Below the pieces are notes generated by a model, which was given only the letters and a program-made list of their open reading frames with translations, did not search any database and was not told the DNA's origin. Of a stretch of DNA of 64,000 bases, positions 58,137 through 64,000 are shown piece after piece; positions within the stretch are counted from its first letter, which is position 1; the number at the start of each line of letters is the position of its first letter. Origin of the DNA: Blastocatellia bacterium (GTDB taxonomy: Bacteria > Acidobacteriota > Blastocatellia > UBA7656); the NCBI GenBank assembly GCA_049273855.1, contig JBASRN010000270.1:8320-72319 (forward strand), given 5' to 3'. The translations under genes and the position numbers were made by a program.

Positions 58137-58901
58137 CTAAGGGAGCGAACCTTTCGGCACCGACCAGGGATGAACCTCGGCGACCAATCGACCGGCCTTC
58201 ACGGTCGGGTCAGCTTCGGTTAATGACTTCGCCTCTTCCAGGGAGCCAACCTTGAAGACAAACACACCCGCGTAAGGAGGCGATTTCGTGAACGGACCCG
58301 CGATTACCAGTTTGCCCGACGCAGCCATCGACTGAATGTTAGCCATATGCGCTGCCTGCAACGCAGTCGTCTCAGGCGTGCTTTCGGGCGTCCACTTCGG
58401 ACCGCGCTTAAGGAAAGCGAAGTAATACGTCACAGGAGTCAGCGGCGTGTCAGGCTTCTTCATCACGTTCCTGGCCGCAAACCACTGAAGCACTTCGACC
58501 GCAAAGTGGCCTGCCTTGACCGCGGGATCGGCTTCGGCAAGCGACCGGGCCTCGTCCGCTGACGCTGCGGTCGTCACCAGCACCCCCCGGATGCGATCGT
58601 CGTCGGTGAACGGACCCGCGATCGCGACGCGCCCCGATTCGATTAGAGAGGAAACGTGCCTGGCGTGCCCGAGTCCCCAGCCGGCGTTCTGAGGCGTCTC
58701 GGCGGGGTTGAATCTCGGCCCTTTGACGAGAAGGCAAAGATAAAACGTGCCCATCTCGAATTTAGGCTCCTGCACCTTTCCGCCCGCCGGAGCGCCGGGC
58801 GCCATAAGGCACAAGACAGCGGCGGCGATCAGCTTTGTAAGGCTCCGCCGGATCCCCGCCTGCTTCTCACCGAACCCAACTCCAACCACTTGTTTCGACA
58901 T
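58137..58901 (-). CDS. secreted protein with tandem YciI-like domains
   Basis: Two copies of the YciI-like pattern (…KGPRFNP/KRGPKWTP…GKLVIAGPFT…) after a signal peptide. Confidence 0.5.
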   Translation of the reverse strand: MSKQVVGVGFGEKQAGIRRSLTKLIAAAVLCLMAPGAPAGGKVQEPKFEMGTFYLCLLVKGPRFNPAETPQNAGWGLGHARHVSSLIESGRVAIAGPFTDDDRIRGVLVTTAASADEARSLAEADPAVKAGHFAVEVLQWFAARNVMKKPDTPLTPVTYYFAFLKRGPKWTPESTPETTALQAAHMANIQSMAASGKLVIAGPFTKSPPYAGVFVFKVGSLEEAKSLTEADPTVKAGRLVAEVHPWSVPKGSLP

Positions 58902-59137
58902 TCTGCTGCTCCTTTGCCCATTCGTCCTGATCTTCTATTAAACTCCCGCTCGGCCCTCTTTACTCGGCGATCACACGACCGCTCTCGTACGGATTAGCCC
59001 AGTTAAGTTTTCGTCCCGTTGCGCGCGGCTAGCGCGCCTGCTCATTATCGACTCGGTCTTAGACTCTGGCAAACAAAAGCAGGGTTGCGGCTTCGCGAGA
59101 AGGGCTTCGAAGGTTTACACTTGCCGTCGGAGGCAGA

Positions 59138-59692
59138 ATGGACCCCGAAGGCCACCGCCGTCACCTCATACAGATTCTTCAATCCGCGTACTCGGGAGAG
59201 CTTGCCGCCGGACTTGCTTATCGCGGCCACTGGAAGTCCTTGAACGATGCGAGCGAATGCGCTGCGGTTCAGAAAATCGAACACGAGGAATGGGTCCATC
59301 GCGCGCGCGTCGGCGAAATGCTTGCCAGCCTCGGCGCCGCGCCACTCAAGTACCGAGAAGCCAAGTTCTGGCTAATCGGGAGAACGATCGGGCTTGCGTG
59401 TCACGTGATCGGGTGGTTCTTGCCGATGTACTTCGCCGGGAGGCTCGAGAGCGGGAATGTGGTCGAGTACGAGGTTGCGGCTTCTCACGCCGGCGCATTG
59501 GGACTGAGAGAGTTCGAAGCCGACCTGCTGGTGATGGCTGGAGTCGAAAAAGAGCACGAGATATTCTTTTTAAACGCTGTTACCGGGCATCGTCTGTTGT
59601 CACTGGTTTCAACGTTCTTTGACTGGGGACGGCCTCTACCACCTCAACAAGCCAACCCGGCTGAGAATGCTTCCATCGAAGCCGCCGACTGA
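59138..59692 (+). CDS. ferritin-like superfamily (four-helix bundle di-iron-like) protein
   Basis: E..H / E...H-like pairs (EHEEWVHRARVGE, EKEHEIFF) spaced as in a ferritin-like fold. Weak call. Confidence 0.4.
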   Translation: MDPEGHRRHLIQILQSAYSGELAAGLAYRGHWKSLNDASECAAVQKIEHEEWVHRARVGEMLASLGAAPLKYREAKFWLIGRTIGLACHVIGWFLPMYFAGRLESGNVVEYEVAASHAGALGLREFEADLLVMAGVEKEHEIFFLNAVTGHRLLSLVSTFFDWGRPLPPQQANPAENASIEAAD

Positions 59693-59696
59693 AACA

Positions 59697-60152
59697 TCAC
59701 TTTCGCATCAGTTCAGACTTCAAGAACTCTTTGACGTCCTTCCCGCCAGTGAGCCGCAGCCAGACGGGCTCGGCAGTCCCGCCTACTGCAAGCTCAAACC
59801 TGAAGAACGGGCAGCAGAGTCGTTCGAGCGTGACGAACTCGGCCGCGGCAAGAATAGTTGCTGCGGTCGCGGGCAAGCCTATCGCGTAGCCGTCCGGGAG
59901 CTCTCGCACGTCTCGGCCGGTTTCGAACAGTAAAGTGCGCAGTTCCTGCTGGCGCTTGCGTTGTTGTTCAGTCAATCCGAAGAGGTTGCAGGCGATCGGT
60001 TGGTCGGGCATTGACTTGTTCTCCGTTTTCACCCAGGGCCTGGGCTCTTCTTTGACTGACTGGTTCTGTCGCGCGGAAGTTGAAATCGGCGCCAGCAGCA
60101 TTGAGCTGAGCGCCCACGCCGCCACTGCTGCGTTTGTCCTCTTGTTGTTCAT
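59697..60152 (-). CDS. hypothetical secreted protein with CC motif (adjacent to MerR regulator)
   Basis: Signal peptide; LERLCCPFF motif. Possibly a metal-related target of the adjacent MerR-family regulator. Confidence 0.3.
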   Translation of the reverse strand: MNNKRTNAAVAAWALSSMLLAPISTSARQNQSVKEEPRPWVKTENKSMPDQPIACNLFGLTEQQRKRQQELRTLLFETGRDVRELPDGYAIGLPATAATILAAAEFVTLERLCCPFFRFELAVGGTAEPVWLRLTGGKDVKEFLKSELMRK

Positions 60153-60178
60153 GATGTCTCCTTAGCGTCCTAGTGTCA

Positions 60179-60586
60179 TTAGCGTCCTAGATTCATTTTT
60201 CCTTCGAAGAGCCGAACAAACACACAAGCCGGAAACTCCTCGGGGCAGCCGCAGTGATTGAGGCCGTGCTCGATCGCTTCGCGCATCGCCTGAAGCTGTT
60301 GAATCTTCTGGTCTATAGCCAGTAGTCTGGCCTGAGCGATCGCGCGCATATCCGCCATCGTGTGCGAGCCCTTCTCGCGCATATCGATCAGCGACTTGAT
60401 TTCGTTCAAAGTGAAACCAAGCGACTTGGCTTGTCTTATGAATCGAATAAACGTCACGGCGTCGTCGGTGTATTCGCGATAGCCCGACTTGCGCCGCCCT
60501 GGCTTTTTGAGCAGACCGAGCCGCTCATAAAGCCGAACTGTCTGGACGTTGACCTCCGCCTGTTCCGCTACCTGACCGATCCGCAT
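60179..60586 (-). CDS. MerR-family transcriptional regulator (metal-responsive subtype, C-terminal Cys cluster)
   Basis: N-terminal HTH MRIGQVAEQAEVNVQTVRLYERLGLL, coiled-coil, and C-terminal HCGCPEEFPAC metal-binding loop. Confidence 0.85.
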   Translation of the reverse strand: MRIGQVAEQAEVNVQTVRLYERLGLLKKPGRRKSGYREYTDDAVTFIRFIRQAKSLGFTLNEIKSLIDMREKGSHTMADMRAIAQARLLAIDQKIQQLQAMREAIEHGLNHCGCPEEFPACVFVRLFEGKMNLGR

Positions 60587-60871
60587 CGCAACCTCCGCCT
60601 GACTGAAAAAGAATTATCGACCTTGTACCCAAGTATAGAGTCAAGAAGATTCTCCTTGGTTAGCTTTCTAAGTCCAATGCTCTCTCTCTGGCGCAATCTC
60701 TGCGGCTCGGCGTCTTTTGCGGTTAATTAGCCTCGAAGCCCAGGTAACCGCAGAGGCGCCGAGACGCGGAGACCAAGCCGAGAATTGAAGTTAGGGCATC
60801 ACCACCTTTGTTCTCCCTGCCAGTCTCGAACACGCTGGCTCGTGCTATGATTTTCGCTTCGAGGCCAACTG

Positions 60872-61666
60872 GTGTACATCGACTCACACGCACACATCGA
60901 AGGGCCCGAGTTCGACGCCGACCGCGAAGCCGTTATCCGGCGCGCGCTCGACGCCGGGGTCGAGATCATCGTGTGCGTGGGCGACGGCGAAGCGGCCGGC
61001 GACTCGCACGCCAAAGCCTTTCGACTCGCCGATCAGTATCCCTTTATCTACACAACGGTGGGAGTTCATCCGCACGAAGCCCGTCTGCTCGATAGCGATA
61101 TGTACGCGAAGCTTGCCGACCTGTCGCAACACCCAAAGGTGATCGCGTGGGGTGAGATCGGCCTGGATTATCACTACGACAACTCGCCTCGCAAGGTGCA
61201 ATGCGAAGCCTTCACAAAGCAGTTGAGAATGGCGCGCGAGCGTCGGCTGCCGGTTGTTATTCACACTCGCGAAGCCGAAGCCGATACGCTGGCTGTTCTT
61301 GGCGAAGAGTGGAGGGACTCGGAATTAGGCGGGATAATTCATTGCTTCACCGGCACACGCGGGTTTGCAGTAGCGGCGGTCGAGCTTGGCCTTTTGATTT
61401 CGTTTTCGGGTGTGGTGACCTTCAAGAAGGCTGAAGACCTGCGGGACACGGCCAAACACCTGCCGCTCGACAGAATCTTGATTGAGACCGACAGCCCGTT
61501 TCTCGCGCCGGTTCCTCATCGCGGCAAGCGAAACGAACCAGCTTACGTGGTTGAGACTGCACGCACTATCGCCGAGCTTCGGGGTATCAGCATCGATGAA
61601 CTCGCCCAGGTGACTTCGACGAACTTTGTGCGGCTGTTCGGGCTTTCGGGTGTCGCGGCCGAGTAA
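60872..61666 (+). CDS. TatD family metal-dependent hydrolase (DNase)
   Basis: MYIDSHAHIEGPEF ... GEIGLDYHY ... IHTREAE ... IETDSPFL motifs. Confidence 0.9.
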   Translation: MYIDSHAHIEGPEFDADREAVIRRALDAGVEIIVCVGDGEAAGDSHAKAFRLADQYPFIYTTVGVHPHEARLLDSDMYAKLADLSQHPKVIAWGEIGLDYHYDNSPRKVQCEAFTKQLRMARERRLPVVIHTREAEADTLAVLGEEWRDSELGGIIHCFTGTRGFAVAAVELGLLISFSGVVTFKKAEDLRDTAKHLPLDRILIETDSPFLAPVPHRGKRNEPAYVVETARTIAELRGISIDELAQVTSTNFVRLFGLSGVAAE

Positions 61667-62031
61667 CTCAATCGCTTGTTGGATTGCGGGTCCTGCTTGA
61701 AGAGGGAAAGGGCAAAGGTCCTGATACCGCTTGACCCGAGGGTAAGCACCCTGTTCTTAAGCCTGGAGAAGTGACGGGGATCCTAAAGAGACTCGGCTTG
61801 TTGAGGTGCGTCAGCGCGGCTCCCACAAGCAGTATAGGCATCCCGACGGTCGATGCACTACAGTTCCGTTCCACGCCGGAAGAGACGTCTCGCCAATTCT
61901 TCTTAGGCAGATCGCTAAGGACATTGGGCTAGCAGTCGACGACTTTCTGAAACATTGTTGATAGTCCGATGACACCATTTCTTTTCTTTTGCTGTGATGG
62001 CTGTGCTTGCTTCCGGATCTAGAGATCGACA

Positions 62032-62490
62032 ATGAATGATGCTGCAACAACACTCTCGCACGATGAAATCAGCCTGCTGCTCTTCGCGCTGCATGGCGGA
62101 GAGGCCGCGCCAATGCCTGACGCATCTTCGTGCGAAGAGGCTTGTCCTGTTGTTGAAAGCGTCGAAGACCTGCTTTGCGGCGGCAAGCTCGACCCTGAGC
62201 AGCACCTCGTCCGTCATCTCAACAACCACGTCCGCGAAGCCTTGATCGAGAGCGGCATGTTCGAACTAATGGCAGCCGCGCGCAACGGCAACGGTGAAGC
62301 GCTCAGCGCGGAGCAGCAATCGCAACTCAACCAGGCCAATCAGCGGTTGAAGCAGTGGAATTCCGACGTAAAACTCAGCAATGACGAGCGAAAGTTACTT
62401 GCTGATGCGTTAAGGAGGCGCGTGCCACGTTCGGCGTGGCTGATGATGCCGCGAACATTGTGGCGTTTGAGGAAGAAACTGCGCGACTGA
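62032..62490 (+). CDS. hypothetical protein
   Basis: 152 aa, acidic N-terminus and basic C-terminus, with no recognisable domain. Immediately upstream of the methyltransferase. Confidence 0.3.
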   Translation: MNDAATTLSHDEISLLLFALHGGEAAPMPDASSCEEACPVVESVEDLLCGGKLDPEQHLVRHLNNHVREALIESGMFELMAAARNGNGEALSAEQQSQLNQANQRLKQWNSDVKLSNDERKLLADALRRRVPRSAWLMMPRTLWRLRKKLRD

Positions 62491-62552
62491 TCATTTGATA
62501 ATCATTCAATCCAGTCGCGCTATACTCTAACCATAACAAGGAGCAACCAACG

Positions 62553-63569
62553 ATGACTGCACAGATGACTCAACCATCACCAGCACTTTTCTTTGAAACC
62601 ATCACAGCTTATCAACGCAGCGACGCCATGAGAGCGGCGATAGAGCTTGACCTGTTCACCGCAATCGGCGAAGGCAATCTCACCGCCGCCCGGATCGCCG
62701 TGCGTTGCGACGCTTCGGAGCGAGGGACGCGGATACTCTGCGATTACCTGACGATGATCGGCTTTTTGACAAAGGAAGGAAGCAATTACGCGCTGACTCA
62801 GGACTCGGCGGTGTTTCTGGACCGGCGCTCGCCCGCTTACATGGGAGGCGCAATCGAATTCATCTTGTCCGACCAGGTTAAAGAAGGGTTCAAGCACTTG
62901 ACCGAAGCGGCCCGCAAAGGCGGGACTGCGGTGCCAGACAACGGCACGCTCGCGCCCGAACATCCCGTATGGGTCAAGTTCGCGCGAGCGATGGCGCCGA
63001 TGATGCGGCCGGTGGCGCAGGCGATCGCTCAGTTGGTAGACCCGGAAGCGACTCGCAAACTCAAGGTTCTGGACATCGCCGCAAGCCACGGCTTGTTCGG
63101 ACTGGCCTTCGCCACGCGAAACCCGCATGCCGGAATTGTAGCCTTAGATTGGGAAAACGTCCTGGAGTTGAGCAAAGAGAACGCGAAAGCAGCGGGGGTC
63201 GTCGATCGCCACAGTACGATTGCCGGCAGCGCGTTCGAAGTCGATTACGGAACGGGCTACGATGTGGTGCTTCTAACGAACTTTCTGCATCACTTCGACC
63301 CCCCGACCAACGAGAAGCTGTTGAGAAAAGTTCACGCGGCGCTTGCCGAAGGCGGTCGTGCGGTGACGCTCGAATTCGTGCCGAACGAGGACCGTATCTC
63401 ACCGCCAGGAGTGGCCGGGTTCGGTCTTACGATGCTGGCGGGCACGCCGAGCGGCGACGCGTACACGTTTGCGGAGCTCGATGCGATGTTCAAGAACGCG
63501 GGTTTTGCAAAGAACGAGCTTCACGAAATTCCGCCGGCGATTCAGCAGTTGATCGTGTCGCAGAAGTGA
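62553..63569 (+). CDS. class I SAM-dependent O-methyltransferase (family 2, with N-terminal dimerisation domain)
   Basis: VLDIAASHGLFGLAFA (motif I, GxGxG-like), VVLLTNFLHHF, and an N-terminal helical dimerisation region as in plant/bacterial OMTs. Confidence 0.8.
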   Translation: MTAQMTQPSPALFFETITAYQRSDAMRAAIELDLFTAIGEGNLTAARIAVRCDASERGTRILCDYLTMIGFLTKEGSNYALTQDSAVFLDRRSPAYMGGAIEFILSDQVKEGFKHLTEAARKGGTAVPDNGTLAPEHPVWVKFARAMAPMMRPVAQAIAQLVDPEATRKLKVLDIAASHGLFGLAFATRNPHAGIVALDWENVLELSKENAKAAGVVDRHSTIAGSAFEVDYGTGYDVVLLTNFLHHFDPPTNEKLLRKVHAALAEGGRAVTLEFVPNEDRISPPGVAGFGLTMLAGTPSGDAYTFAELDAMFKNAGFAKNELHEIPPAIQQLIVSQK

Positions 63570-63605
63570 CGCAAGCCCGGCGCAGTGGAGTCATAACAAC
63601 CTACT

Positions 63606-63696
63606 GGCGGGGGCAAGCCCACCCGATCTGAAAATGCTCCGACCGCCTGAAGTCAGCCGCACATTTTCAGGTTGGGAAGGTGGGCTTGCCCCCGCC
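63606..63696. terminator. long imperfect palindrome between convergent genes (probable bidirectional terminator)
   Basis: GGCGGGGGCAAGCCCACCCGATCTGAAAATG ... CATTTTCAGGTTGGGAAGGTGGGCTTGCCCCCGCC with a loop of about 25 nt. Confidence 0.35.
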
Positions 63697-63768
63697 GGTC
63701 AAGCTCAGCACGCATCGCATGCTAAGGCTTAGTTGGGCGCGGATGGGCAGTAACGTGATGAGCCATGG

Positions 63769-64000
63769 TTACTGCCGGGCAGCCTTGGCAGATCTCTCCG
63801 CGCGAGCCTTAGCTACCATCTCCTTGATCTCCTTCATCAGCGAAGGCCCGTGATAAGGAACCCCGTCTTTGATCGTCCACTCTACTCCGCCGGTGCGAAC
63901 GGTCTTGTCTTCTCGAATCTCATCCACGCCGGTCGGATAGAGCACCTTCAGGTTCTCAAGCGGGTTTCCGTTCACCACTATCAAGTCAGCAAGCCAGCCC
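63769..64000 (-). CDS. amidohydrolase-family protein, C-terminal fragment (5' end beyond window)
   Basis: The ORF runs off the window end. The C-terminal sequence (GGVEWTIKDGVPYHGPSLMKEI) resembles metal-dependent amidohydrolase C-termini. Confidence 0.45.
   Translation of the reverse strand, partial: GWLADLIVVNGNPLENLKVLYPTGVDEIREDKTVRTGGVEWTIKDGVPYHGPSLMKEIKEMVAKARAERSAKAARQ

Noticed and set aside
61667-62031. 365-bp gap between tatD and the hypothetical gene, considered as possible ncRNA (SRP/6S-like)
   Set aside because: No match to conserved SRP domain IV or 6S features could be recognised, and the small minus-strand ORFs there lack coding signal. Left unannotated.
1-64000. CRISPR arrays, rRNA genes, tRNA genes
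   Set aside because: No regularly spaced direct repeats, no rRNA-like conserved stretches, and no convincing tRNA cloverleaf were found by eye anywhere in the window.

Overview
This is a high-GC bacterial chromosomal segment (about 60% GC in most genes; plausibly an Acidobacteria-like soil organism, though that is a guess). It spans the chromosomal replication origin. Contents, in order:

- 1-5200: a DUF885 C-terminal fragment, a thioredoxin-like ferredoxin, rnhA, a fused ABC exporter, and msrQ/msrP.
- 5500-11300: a small nucleotidyltransferase, a GT9 glycosyltransferase, an LLM oxidoreductase, a RelE-type toxin-antitoxin pair, a T5orf172/GIY-YIG protein and a NupG-like transporter.
- 11384-18176: a carbohydrate-oxidation cluster with two paralogous GMC oxidoreductases, two Tat-signal xylose-isomerase-like TIM-barrel proteins and a DUF1080 hydrolase.
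- 19003-23461: an HD-domain phosphohydrolase, a PEGA/TPR membrane protein and an FAD oxidoreductase.
- 23665-29155: the origin module (OmpR response regulator, dnaN, AT-rich oriC-like spacer, dnaA, a perfect parS, parA, parB).
- 29160-32290: a low-GC 3.1-kb islet next to parB. It carries an IS1-family transposase, an overlapping pair of small genes (a lysine/arginine-rich protein and a hypothetical), and a small protein coupled to a retropepsin-like aspartic protease with a C-terminal SEC-C motif.
- 33096-43648: a secreted amidohydrolase, a beta-helix/PKD protein, DUF488, a frameshifted FRP-like gene, and a fatty-acid module (acyl-CoA dehydrogenase, thioesterase, acyl-CoA synthetase, OMP, alpha/beta hydrolase).
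- 44052-51738: a TMTC-like TPR membrane protein, a caspase-like C14/PEGA/TPR protein, and a RecQ helicase fused to a ComFC-like PRTase domain, translationally coupled to DprA.
- 52170-64000: OsmC, VOC, small secreted proteins flanked by REP-like palindromes, an ECF sigma factor with a Cys-rich C-terminal extension, priA, a tandem YciI-like protein, MerR, TatD, an O-methyltransferase and a partial amidohydrolase.

Repeats include heptad TCACG-based palindromic elements at two loci and GC-rich REP-like hairpins. No rRNA, tRNA or CRISPR was found.
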